The notes under the pieces are model-generated. The model had not been told where the DNA came from. It saw nothing but the letters and a program-made list of their open reading frames with translations, and did not search any database. The translations under genes and the position numbers were made by a program. DNA of 64,000 nucleotides from Mobula hypostoma (taxonomy: Eukaryota), in contig NC_086101.1 in assembly GCF_963921235.1 (NCBI RefSeq), positions 4,528,001 through 4,592,000 of the forward strand, read 5' to 3'. This document shows positions 39,001-47,835 of this stretch, in pieces; the first letter of the stretch is position 1; each line of letters opens with the position of its first letter.

Positions 39001-42000
39001 GCACATATCCAAATTTCTCTGATGTTGAAATCAATATTGCATCCACCATTTCCATCTGGAGCTTTTTCCACACTCTCACCACCGTCTGAGTGAGGAAGTT
39101 CCCTGTCATGTACTCCTTTAACATTTCACCCTTAACCCATGACCTTTAGTTCTAGTCCCACCCAGCCTTAGTGGGAAAGCTTGCTTGCATTTGTCCTAAT
39201 CCTCATTATCATCCTGTGTTGTGTGATGTGGTCTATCCTGTGTCATGACCATGATTGTTCTTGGCAAATTGTTCCGCAGAAGTGGTTTGCTGTTGCCTTC
39301 TCCCGGGCAGTGTCTTTACAAGACGGGTGACTCCAGCCATTATCAATACCCTTCAGAGATTGTCTGCCTGGTGTTAGTGGTCGCATAACCAGGACGTGAT
39401 ATGCACCGACTGCTCATACGGCCAACCACCACCTGATCCCATGGCTTTGCATGACCCTGTTCAGGGGGTTCAGCAGGGGTTACACCTTGCCCAAGGGTGA
39501 CCTATAGGGTCGCAGAGCGACGGAGTACCTTGCTCCTCCTTTGGTATCACCACCCCAGCACTCATACCCTATCTATATCCCTCATAATTTCTGTATCCCT
39601 CAACTCAATCTCACCTCGTTTTCCTTCTCTCCAGGGTATAAAGTCCTAGTCTATTGAACCATTCCCTATAACCCTTGTAAAAGTTCTCCTCTCTTTGTCC
39701 ATCTTACTGATATATTTCCTGCAGGCAGATGAGCAGAACTGCACAAAATACTTCAAATTCGGCCTCACCAGCCATTTATACAATTTCAACATAACGTCCC
39801 ACCTCCCGTACTCAGTACTTTGATTTATGAAGGCCAAAGTGTCAAAGGCCCTCTTTGTATCCTCCAGTCTTTGGTTGCCTTTTACTGTGAGGAAGACATT
39901 ACGGTTACCTACCTACACCACTCATGATTTTATCCACCTCTGTCAGATCCCCTACGTTCCATGGACAATGTCTTGCCCAGCCCACCATCTCTCTCTAATT
40001 CAGGTTCTCGCATCCTCGAACATTCTCAGAAATCTTCCCTGCACCCCTCCTAGGTGAATGACTGCCTTCCAAAAACAGGGAGACCAGAACTATCCTCCAG
40101 GTGCCATCTCACTAACATCTTGTGCACATCCAAGATTCAAGATTGTTCAACGTCATTTCCAGTGCACACGTGTAAAGGAGAAAGAAGTCATTGTCACTCT
40201 GGAACTGATTAAAAAAAAGGCATCCGTTAGTCTTGCGAGACCATGGATCTGCGCCTGGAAAGTCTTCACTCTCCAGGATGCAGGCCTGGGCAAGGTTCTA
40301 TGGAAGACCGGCAGTTACCCATGCTGCAAGTCTCCCCTCTCCTCGACACCAATGTTGTCCAAGGGAAGGGCATTAGGACCCATACAGCTTGGCACCAGTG
40401 TCGTCGCAGAGCAATGTGTGATTAAGTGCCTTGCTCAAGGACACAACACGCTGCCTCAGCTGGGGCTTGAACTCACAACCTTCAGATCGCTAGTCCAATG
40501 CCTTAACCACTTGGCCACGTGCCCAAAACTGATACAACACAAAAATAACCCACAATAAATATAAATAGATAAGATAGCTGATGTATGTCCATAATATGAC
40601 GCTAGGCACAGGAGTGTCTATACATAAAGTGACTGACAGGAAATGATAAAGTAGTGGTGGGTGGAGGTGCGTGGAACCGTACACACGTCATTCCACAGAT
40701 GCGCAGTAGACGCATCCTGACCAGCTGCGTCATTGCTTGCTATGGAAACTGCACTGTGGCAGACAGGGAGGCTGTACAACGGTGGTCAAAACTACCCAAC
40801 GCACCTCCGGAACCAGCCTACCCACCATCGAGGACGCATATAGAGAAAGGTGCTGGAAAAGGGCCAATAACAACAGGAAGGATCCCAACATTCCGACTCC
40901 TGTACTCACTGACGTGACTGATGAAGGTCGGTGTGCTAGAAGCTTTCTTCATCTTGTCAACCTGTGACTCCATGTTCAAGGAGCCATTTATGTTCCTCTT
41001 ATCCACAACTCCCACCAGGGCCACAACACTCGCTGTACCCTGGTGTGTCTTACCAAATGCAACACCTCGTGCATAATTTACCACTCCTCAGCGCCTAAAC
41101 CCAGAGTGTACAGCAACCTGCTCTGGGGGAAGAGGAGATTCCTCTGCTCAGGATAGCTCCTCACCCTCTGAATCTGTCATGACTCTTCCCATGTCTTTCA
41201 TCCAGCAACCCCTCTCGTCCCATTCCCAGCACTGCCAGGACCCACGGGAATGTGGACAACCCCTCCCGTCCCATTCCCAGCACGGCCAGGACCCACAGGA
41301 ATGAGAACAGCAACCACTTCCATCCCATTCCCAGTGTGGCCAGGACCCACGGGAATGTGAACAGCAACCCCTCCCGTCCATTCCTAGTGTGGCCGAGACC
41401 CAGAGGAATGGGAACAACAACCCCTCCCGTCCCATTCCCAGCACGGCCAGGACCCACAGGAATGAGAACAGCAACCACTTCCATCCCATTCCCAGTGTGG
41501 CCAGGACCCACGGGAATGTGAACAGCAACCCCTCCCGTCCCATTCCCAGCACTGCCAGGATCCACGGGAATGGGAACAACAACCTCTCCCGTCCCATTCC
41601 CAGTGTGGCCAGGACCCACGGGAATGGGAACAACAACCCCTTCCGTCCCATTCCCAGTGTGGCCAGGACCCACGGGAATGTGAACAGCAACCCCTCCCGT
41701 CCATTCCTAGTGTGGCCGAGACCCAGAGGAATGGGAACAACAACCCCTCCCGTCCCATTCGCAGCACGGCCAGGACCCACGGGAATGTGAACAGGAACCC
41801 CTCCCATCCTATTCCCAGCACGGCCAGGACCCACAGGAATGTGAACAGCAATCCCTCCCATCCCATTCCCAGCACGGCCAGGACCCACAGGAATGTGAAC
41901 AGCAACCCCTCCCATCCCATTCCCAGCACGGCCAGGACCCACGGGAATGGGAACAGCAAGCTCTCCCATCCCATTCCCAGCACGGCCAGGACCCACGGGA

Positions 42001-44080
42001 ATGGGAACAGCAACCTCTCCCATCCCATTCCCAGCACGGCCAGGACCCACAGGAATGTGAACAGCAACCCCTCCCATCCCATTCCCAGCACGGCCAGGAC
42101 CCACGGGAATGTGAACAGCAACCTCTCCCATCCCATTCCCAGCACGGCCAGGACCCACGGAAATGTGAACAGCAACCCCTCCCATCCCATTCCCAGTGGA
42201 ATCCCATACCCAGAGGAATGTGAACAGCAACCCCTCCCATCCCATTCCCAGCACGGCCAGGACCCACAGGAATGTGAACAGCAACCCCTCCCGTCCCATT
42301 CCCAGCACGGCCAGGACCCACGGGAATGTGAACAGCAACCTCTCCCATCCCATTCCCAGCACGGCCAGGACCCACGGGAATGTGAACAGCAACCTCTCCC
42401 ATCCCATTCCCAGCACGGCCAGGACCCACGGGAATGTGAACAGCAACCTCTCCCATCCCATTCCCAGCACGGCCAGGACCCACGGGAATGTGAACAGCAA
42501 CCTCTCCCATCCCATTCCCAGCACGGCCAGGACCCACGGGAATGTGAACAGCAACCTCTCCCATCCCATTCCCAGCACGGCCAGGACCCACGGGAATGTG
42601 AACAGCAACCTCTCCCATCCCATTCCCAGCACGGCCAGGACCCACGGGAATGTGGACAACCCCTCCCATCCCATTCCCAGCAGGCCAGGACCCACGGGAA
42701 TGTGAGGCATCATAGTAGTGTTGCAATTAGGTTAGCACAATCACATCACAGTGTCACCAATCACCAATTGCAGTTTGAATCGTGCCCCCGCCTGTAAGTT
42801 TTCCCCCTGACTCCCTGGGGTTTTCCGGGGTACTTCAGTGTCCTCCCACATTCCAAAGATGTATGGATCAAGGTTCGGGAGTGGTGGACGGTTGCAGGAA
42901 ACATGACAGCACTTGTGGTCTGCCCCGGCACAATTCTTGCTGATTTGATTTGACAATAACAATGCATTTCACTGTATGTTCGACTTACCTGTGACGCATA
43001 AAACTAGTCTTAATCTTATGAAGCATCCTCTGGGGAAGAAATTTATCCCAATTGACGCCCACTTCCTTCTCCAGTGAAAACATAGTCTCTGTGCAAAAAG
43101 TGAGAGGGGGGAAGCAGTCATTCAGCCCCTCAGACCTGTTGGACAAGGATGGGGGAGGTCATTAGACCAGAAGACAACAAGACATAAGAGCACAATTACG
43201 CCAGTCTGCTCCGCCAATCCATCATGGCTGATTTATTTTCCCTCTCAACCCCATTCGCCTGCCTTCTCCATGTAACCTTTGACGCCCTGACTAACCAAGA
43301 ACCTATCAAACTCCACTTTAAATATACCCAGTGACTTGGCCTCCACAGCCATCTGTGACAATGAATTCCACACAATCACCATGCTCTGGCTAAAGAAATT
43401 CCTCCACATCTCTGTTCCAAATGGACGTCCCTCTAATCTGAGGCTGGTCCCTCTGGTCCTAGACTCTGCCCACTATAGGAAACATCCTCTCAACATCCAC
43501 TCTATCAAGGCCTTACAATATTTGACAGGTTTCAATAACATTGGGCCCTCACACCAACTCCCTTCCTCTCTTTTGTTAAGCAGAGATCTCCTCACCTCGG
43601 AGGTAATGTCTCATCCCTCGGTCGCACTGGAGCCAACATTGATCACAGCTTGCAAGGAGGGATTTCCAACCCCTCCTGCCCCATTGCATGGCGATGTGTC
43701 CCTACGTTTCAATATCCCAAATCCTGGCTAGTAATCTCGCACCTGCACCCTCCTGCTCCCGGATGCCCAGGCTATGAAAGCTTGCAAAGATCTGGATCAG
43801 TTGGGAAAATGGGCCGTAGATGGGAGAGGAATTTAATGCAGACACGTGTGTGACGTTGCACTTTGGGAGGACAAACCAGGGTGGGACGTACATCCTGGTC
43901 TCACTCTCCCAGGAGGGGTGACACTTCAGCATTGACCTCCCTCTCTCTCTGCTTCTCTCTTCACCCACAGTGGAAGACCTCGAGCGGAACGACGGCTCTC
44001 TCGAGAAACCGTACTACATGTCCAAATCCCTGATGAAGATCTTGAACAAGAAGAACAAGGCCCCGAAGAAGGGGAAATAA
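2868..44080 (+). CDS. SLC44A4: Choline transporter-like protein 4 (CTL4/TPPT), 5'-partial spliced CDS: join(2868..2980,4814..4936,5912..6011,8271..8363,16446..16548,21705..21961,24842..24936,25491..25594,26505..26578,27634..27704,28716..28810,30623..30707,43971..44080)
   Basis: All 13 exons have AG acceptors, the 12 introns have GT donors, phases are consistent, and the joined frame is open to TAA at 44078-44080. Motifs recalled as closer to SLC44A4 than SLC44A2: [83 protein letters not shown]-terminal exons lie upstream of the window. Confidence 0.92.
3200..3500 (+). mobile_element. L2 LINE 3' fragment
   Basis: Translates to YNPARALR...[29 protein letters not shown], typical of the L2 ORF2 end. 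Confidence 0.6.
4814..4936 (+). CDS. SLC44A4: SLC44A4 internal exon ([41 protein letters not shown])
   Basis: CAG acceptor ending 4813, GTGAGT donor at 4937, phase 1/1. Confidence 0.93.
5339..5589 (-). mobile_element. Short LINE 3' end with (TAATC)n tail and 9-bp TSD
   Basis: CAATTAATT at 5330-5338 and 5590-5598; homologous tail at about 61185-61272 on +. Confidence 0.6.
5912..6011 (+). CDS. SLC44A4: SLC44A4 internal exon ([34 protein letters not shown])
   Basis: TGCAG acceptor, GTGGGT donor, conserved CTL motif [16 protein letters not shown]; not in the supplied ORF track. Confidence 0.93.
6384..8105 (-). mobile_element. Degenerate Penelope-like element (GIY-YIG remnant about 7390-7905) with inverted pseudo-LTRs, interrupted by an RTE-type insertion (about 6455-7025)
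   Basis: HIILRNF..QQDPT.KH.FP, RRH..CES...I, SLQPD..NI motifs homologous to 57353-58140; pLTR-type sequence at both ends in opposite orientation. Confidence 0.7.
8271..8363 (+). CDS. SLC44A4: SLC44A4 internal exon ([31 protein letters not shown])
   Basis: CTCTCTCCAG acceptor; followed by U12-type donor GTATCCTT. Confidence 0.92.
11230..12270 (-). mobile_element. Rex1/Babar LINE reverse-transcriptase fragment (disrupted)
   Basis: [18 protein letters not shown]...[43 protein letters not shown]. Confidence 0.8.
13019..13582 (-). mobile_element. CR1 LINE 3' fragment
   Basis: [18 protein letters not shown]...GDLIETYKI...FFTQRVV..WN.LP; (CTATTGT)n tail; near-identical to 49721-50576. Confidence 0.9.
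13893..14433 (-). mobile_element. Non-autonomous RTE-derived retroposon with (CAA)n tail and 11-bp TSD
   Basis: TSD CAAGACCCATA at 13882-13892 and 14434-14444; TTGTTGTTG at the left end; GGATTTAAGTGAGGGAG...CAGCCTCACT motif recalled from RTE elements. Confidence 0.65.
15311..16092 (-). mobile_element. CR1 LINE 3' fragment (young subfamily)
   Basis: [29 protein letters not shown]; (TTCTATG)n tail; near-identical to 18399-19110 and 23920-24420. Confidence 0.9.
16446..16548 (+). CDS. SLC44A4: SLC44A4 internal exon ([34 protein letters not shown])
   Basis: TAG acceptor after U12 branch site, GTGAGT donor; YLATSGQP motif. Confidence 0.92.
16635..16756 (-). mobile_element. Short Penelope pLTR-derived fold-back with hammerhead ribozyme core
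   Basis: Minus strand CTGATGA-AGGGTCTCGGCCT-GAAACGTC-GAC within 16705-16735; inverted arms ACACACAAAATGCTGGAG / CTCCAACATTTTGTGTGT. Confidence 0.65.
18399..19110 (-). mobile_element. CR1 LINE 3' fragment (young subfamily)
   Basis: Same ORF2 C-terminus and tail as 15311-16092. Confidence 0.9.
20400..20880. repeat. Degenerate ~38-bp tandem repeat (TCTCCTTAAACCCATTCCTCATCCCCCACTCCTCCC...)
   Basis: Recurrent TTAAACCCATTCCTCA motif, roughly ten copies. Confidence 0.75.
21705..21961 (+). CDS. SLC44A4: SLC44A4 internal exon ([17 protein letters not shown]...[38 protein letters not shown])
   Basis: CCAG acceptor, GTGAGG donor, highly conserved CTL motif. Confidence 0.95.
22095..22350 (+). mobile_element. 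V-domain tRNA-derived SINE (HE1-like); other copies near 690-840(-), 5670-5790(-), 16900-17075(-), 31000-31200(-), 42705-42880(+)
   Basis: tRNA-like head followed by V-domain core GTTCTCCCCGTG...GTGCTCCGGTTTCCTCCCAC. Confidence 0.7.
22420..22995 (+). mobile_element. CR1 LINE 3' fragment
   Basis: [15 protein letters not shown]...[19 protein letters not shown] tail. Confidence 0.85.
23920..24420 (+). mobile_element. CR1 LINE 3' fragment (young subfamily), inverted relative to the copies at 15311 and 18399
   Basis: Near-identical reverse complement of those copies; ends in TTCTATGTTCTATGTTCTAT. Confidence 0.9.
24842..24936 (+). CDS. SLC44A4: SLC44A4 internal exon ([31 protein letters not shown])
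   Basis: TTTCAG acceptor, GTAAGA donor, [12 protein letters not shown] motif. Confidence 0.95.
25491..25594 (+). CDS. SLC44A4: SLC44A4 internal exon ([34 protein letters not shown])
   Basis: CTGCAG acceptor, GTGAGG donor, Cys-rich CTL signature. Confidence 0.95.
26505..26578 (+). CDS. SLC44A4: SLC44A4 internal exon ([25 protein letters not shown])
   Basis: TGTAG acceptor, GTGAGA donor. Confidence 0.95.
26800..27420. repeat. G/A-rich low-complexity tract
   Basis: Almost pure purine with many GGG runs on the sense strand. Confidence 0.9.
27634..27704 (+). CDS. SLC44A4: SLC44A4 internal exon ([24 protein letters not shown])
   Basis: CCCAG acceptor, GTGAGT donor. Confidence 0.95.
28105..28610 (+). 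mobile_element. Probable RTE-derived non-autonomous retroposon
   Basis: GGTCACCCATACC..CAGGTC.AAGGGTAGAGGCCAGAC and GGGCTAACAACCCTGAC motifs recalled from RTE 5' regions; family call from memory only. Confidence 0.4.
28716..28810 (+). CDS. SLC44A4: SLC44A4 internal exon ([31 protein letters not shown])
   Basis: TCCAG acceptor, GTAGGC donor, LNYYW motif. Confidence 0.94.
28935..30075. mobile_element. Penelope-like element pieces: pLTR (minus) with expanded GGGGAAGATG purine repeat, and GIY-YIG remnant (plus, about 29550-29870)
   Basis: VRHH...C.IQC.Q.GLL..GETRQR.G.RS.EHL...[20 protein letters not shown]. Confidence 0.7.
30623..30707 (+). CDS. SLC44A4: SLC44A4 penultimate exon ([28 protein letters not shown])
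   Basis: CGCAG acceptor, GTAAGT donor. Confidence 0.95.
31558..38730. repeat. 43-bp satellite array (CTCGACTATCCATGTACCTCCCCAATAACGTTGTACCTGTACC), about 160 visible copies
   Basis: Homogeneous head-to-tail units; variants mainly TACCTG/TACCCG/TTCATG and AACG/AACA. Confidence 0.98.
34074..34273. other. Assembly gap (200 N) inside the satellite
   Basis: Exactly 200 N, consistent with a fixed-size scaffolding gap. Confidence 0.98.
40210..40526 (-). mobile_element. tRNA-headed SINE with RTE-like 3' tail
   Basis: Minus strand GGGCACGTGGCCAAGTGGTTAAGGC...GAGTTCAAGCCCC (A/B boxes); AACTGAT direct repeats at 40203-40209 and 40527-40533; tail shared with 6455-6630. Confidence 0.75.
41203..42704. 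repeat. 54-bp minisatellite (CCCAGCACGGCCAGGACCCACGGGAATGTGAACAGCAACCTCTCCCATCCCATT), about 28 copies
   Basis: Direct tandem units; explains the long 18-aa-periodic ORFs on both strands. Confidence 0.95.
43971..44080 (+). CDS. SLC44A4: SLC44A4 last coding exon ([36 protein letters not shown])
   Basis: Long pyrimidine tract + CAG ending 43970; EDLERNDGS motif; TAA at 44078-44080. Confidence 0.95.
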
Positions 44081-44885
44081 CCCCCACCCAGCAACCCTCC
44101 CCCAGCCCAGCTCCAACCCTCTTACCACCCCCGCACTTTAGAAATTACACATACAGTAATTTGCCGGTGACTGCCTGAGCCTTTTGGGTGGGTGGGGGCA
44201 AAGAAAGGGGCAGGAGGTACTTACGGACACGTTTTCTGGTAGAATTCTTCCCCCCCCACACATGTCCATGTTGCACACTAACTGGTGAGACTGAGTAACT
44301 TTGTACAGATGAATTGCACCCATTTCTCGTTTGCAATCTAGTCTGTAGAATAGGAAACTGCCCCATCACCCCTATTGGGGCATAGGCTGTTGACAGCAGT
44401 TCGCCGGAGTCCTGAGCCAATCTTCCAAGTTGACTCCAAGAGCAGCCCGTTCCTTCCCCTCCCACGGATGAAGTCTTTGGAGTTTATGCAGCTCTTGGTT
44501 TTTATGGGATGGGATACCTGGCTCCACGTCCAATCCTCCTCCTCTCCCAACTGGGCTTGGGACCAGCCACGGTGGAGCTGAAGGAAGTGTTTGGGAATTG
44601 CCAAAAAATGGCCACACATTTCCATCGTACCTCCTACCTTGCCTGGCCGAATGATTACCTTGGGATGCTCCCCCATCCCACCCCGCTGCACCTTATTGAT
44701 CATGTGGCAAGGGGTCTGTGAAACCTTCCTTCTTGATTCCGTACAGCCCGGTCTCAATGAGCCCTGAATAGACGGGAAGGGGTGGGGGGAAGGGAATTAT
44801 TGCACTTTTTGTGATTTGTGCCTTTAAAATGATGTTACTCCCAAAACAGAAAAATGAATGTGATGATAGATGTACTGGATTTTAA

Positions 44886-44920
44886 ATTAAATGACACTAT
44901 TTACATTTTTAAGCATTAAA
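44886..44920 (+). terminator. Candidate polyadenylation signals (ATTAAA x2) for SLC44A4
   Basis: ATTAAA at 44886-44891 and 44915-44920 in an AT-rich stretch about 0.8 kb after the stop codon. Confidence 0.5.
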
Positions 44921-44964
44921 CCTATTGACCGTGACTGGGCATCCCCAGTGGGATGGCCCTCTGG

Positions 44965-45496
44965 CAGACATCCCACCCTGCAAAAACTCATTTCAGGGAG
45001 GTAGCACCATCAATCTGCAGGAGACTCCGGGAACTTCCAGGAGAGGTGGGATGTCTGCAATAGAGTAGTTCCTTAGCAGCTGGCCAGCTAGTTTAAATAA
45101 CATTAGCTATGCTAATGAACGAATGACACCTGTTAAACTCACCTCAACATGTCTTTTACATTTTAACCCACCATGGGCAATAGAAAAGTCACTGTTGCAA
45201 ACAGTGCAGCGAGCAACACTGTCATTATTTTGACCCCTATTAGGCAGGGGTACACTTTAGTGTAGTCTGGGTTGACGTACGTTTTATATTTTCTTTTTTT
45301 TCTGGAACACTCTGCCACGGCGCGCTCTCTCTCTCTCTCTCTCTCGTGGTCGCTTGCTTGCTCTCGCGCTCTCTCTCGCTCGCGCGCTCTCAAAAAAAAT
45401 TGATTTCCGTGATATTGTATATAATTTGTGGGCATCAGGGAGCCACTATTCATATGCGGGAGACTCCCGGAACTTCCGGGAGAGGTGGGATGTCTG
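44965..45496. mobile_element. Non-autonomous DNA transposon (MITE, hAT-like CAG termini)
   Basis: Perfect 13-bp TIR CAGACATCCCACC / GGTGGGATGTCTG; flanks CTCTGG / CTCAGG (5 of 6 match); internal duplicate of the right end at about 45020-45057. Confidence 0.7.
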
Positions 45497-47155
45497 CTCA
45501 GGAATACTTATCTTTGAAGCCTGCTCAACCTTCAGCTCAAGATGGTGCCTCTCCAATTTTGTCTGCCACGTAAATGGTTGTCGAAACATTGGGTTCAGCT
45601 CTGGGGCTGGAGCCAGCCGCCTCGATTCAGCACAGTGCTTAAATCATCAGCAAACAGCGGGGTCATGGCTTTGACACGCTCTGGGGCCTGGACCCAGCCA
45701 CCTCGATTCAGCTCGTGCCTGACCTTTCTGATTCGGCCCGGCACTTGAATCAGTCGGACCGTGGGTCTTCCTCGCTCTTGGCGATGGGCCCGCTGCCTCG
45801 CCCTGCCCTGCCTTGCCTCAGTTCTCCTCAACAAATTGCCTGCACGTTACAGACTATTGTTTGCGATGATCATTTGCCAGAAAAAGAGTGATTAGCAAAG
45901 TAGTTAGCTGTTCTCCTAGTTTCATTCGTCACCAGTCAAAAGTCGCTGAAATTCACTGGCACCTTCTTAAACTGGAAGCCAGTTCCTCCCTCACCCCCTC
46001 TCTCCCCTCACTCTCCTCCTCTACACCCTCCAACTTCCACCCCCCACCACTCTCTCCATTTCTCTACCCACCCTCTCTCCCCCTCCCCCAAACTGTCCCC
46101 CTCTCCCCTTCATGCCCTTTCTGCCCCCTCTACCTCTCTCTGCCCACCACCATCCCATCTCTCCCACTTTCCCCCACTCGCGCCCTCTCCCCAACACTGT
46201 TCCATTTCTCGCTTCTCACCTCTCCTGCTCTCTCCCCTACCCCTGTCAACTATCCCCCACCTCCCGCTCTCTCCCCGTCCCTACCCCTCACTGCTCATTC
46301 TCTCGACCTCTCTATCCACCTCACCTGTCCCCCCATTCCCCACCCCTCTCCCTCCTATCCACCCCTCTCCCTCCTCTCCACACCTCTTCCCCCTCCCCTC
46401 CACCTTTCCCAGTCTCTCCCCCTCACTTCCAATTCTCTCAGCCTCTCTACCTCTGTCACCCCTCTGTCCCCGACTTCTCACCCTCCCCGCCTGCTCTCAG
46501 CCCGCTTTGCCCTCTCTCCCCCCCGCTCTCCTCACCTTTCCCCCTCTCCCCCACTCTCCCTAGCTCTCGCTCCTCCCCCCTCTGACTCTCCTCCCTCTTC
46601 CCCCTCCCTTTCTCACCCTCACCCCCCCACTCACCTCACCTCTCCTCCTCTCTCATCCCTTCTTCCTCTACCCCTCTCGTACTCCTTTCACCCTCTCCAC
46701 ACCTCTCCCCCTGTATACCCCCACTACATTCTCTCCCTCCACTCTCTGTCACTCACCCGTCCCCCCTACTCTATCCCTCTTTCTGCACACCCCTTCACTA
46801 CCTCTCTACCTTGCCCTGCCCTCTCCCGACTGCTCTCGCCATCTCTCACCTCCTTTCCCCCTCCCTCCTCCTTAGCCCCCTTTCTCCCCACCACCCCTCT
46901 CCCTTTTTCCTCCTCTTTCCCACTCTCACCCCCACTCCCCCACCAACTCCCCAACTCTCTCTTCCTCTCTCTCCCCTCTCACCCTCCACGACCCCTCTCC
47001 CCCCTTGCTAATCATCTCTCCTTTTTCTCCCCCACTCTCTACCCCTTTCTTCTCCTCACTATCCACTCCGCCCTCTCTCTCTTCCCCAACTCCCTCTCCC
47101 TCTGTCCCTCCTCTTTCACTTGCCCTCTCTTCCTCGTCCGCTTCTCCAGCTCTCT

Positions 47156-47835
47156 CATAGTCATAGTCATAGTCATATTCTATTGATCCCGGGGGAAATT
47201 GGTTTTCGTTACAGTTGCACCATAAATAATTAAATAGTAATAAAACCATAAATAGTAATATGTAAATTTTGCCAGTAAATCATGAAATAAGTTCAGGACC
47301 AGCCTATTGGCTCAGGGTGTCTGACCCTCCAAGGGAGGAGTTGTAAAGTTTGATGGCCACAGGCAGGAATGACTTCCTATGACGCTCAGTGATGCATCTC
47401 GGTGGAATGAGTCTCTGGCTGAATGTACTCCTGTGCCCACCCAGTACATTATGTAGTGGATGGGAGACATTGTCCAAGATGGCATGCAACTTAGACAGCA
47501 TCCTCTTTTCAGACACCACCGTGAGAGAGCCCAGTTCCATCCCCACAACATCACTGGCCTTACGAATGAGTTTGTTGATGCTGTTGGTGTCTGCTACCCT
47601 CAGCCTGCTGCCCCAGCACACAACAGCAAACATGATAGCACTGGCCACCACAGACTCGTAGAACATCCTCAGCATCGTCCGGCAGATGTTAAAGGACCTC
47701 CGTCTCCTCAGGAAATAGAAACGGCTCTGGCCCTTCTTGCAGACAGCCTCAGTGTTCTTAGACCAGTCCAGTTTATTGTCAATTCGTATCCCCAGGTATT
47801 TGTAATCCTCCACCATGTCCACACTGACCCCCTGG
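47156..47835 (-). mobile_element. Rex1/Babar-type LINE 3' fragment with (GACTAT)n tail
   Basis: VEDYKYLGI.IDNKLDWSKNT...SFNICRTMLRMFY; CATAGT repeats at 47156-47177. Confidence 0.85.

Noticed and set aside
40455..40524. Genuine tRNA gene
   Set aside because: tRNA-like A/B boxes are fused to a SINE body and tail with flanking direct repeats.
41148..42797. Long ORFs (up to 521 aa) on both strands
   Set aside because: Produced by a stop-free 54-bp unit; no domain, splice or codon evidence.
2868..44080. Assignment as SLC44A2 or SLC44A5
   Set aside because: Diagnostic segments ([48 protein letters not shown]) match SLC44A4 better as recalled; a phylogeny would be the final test.
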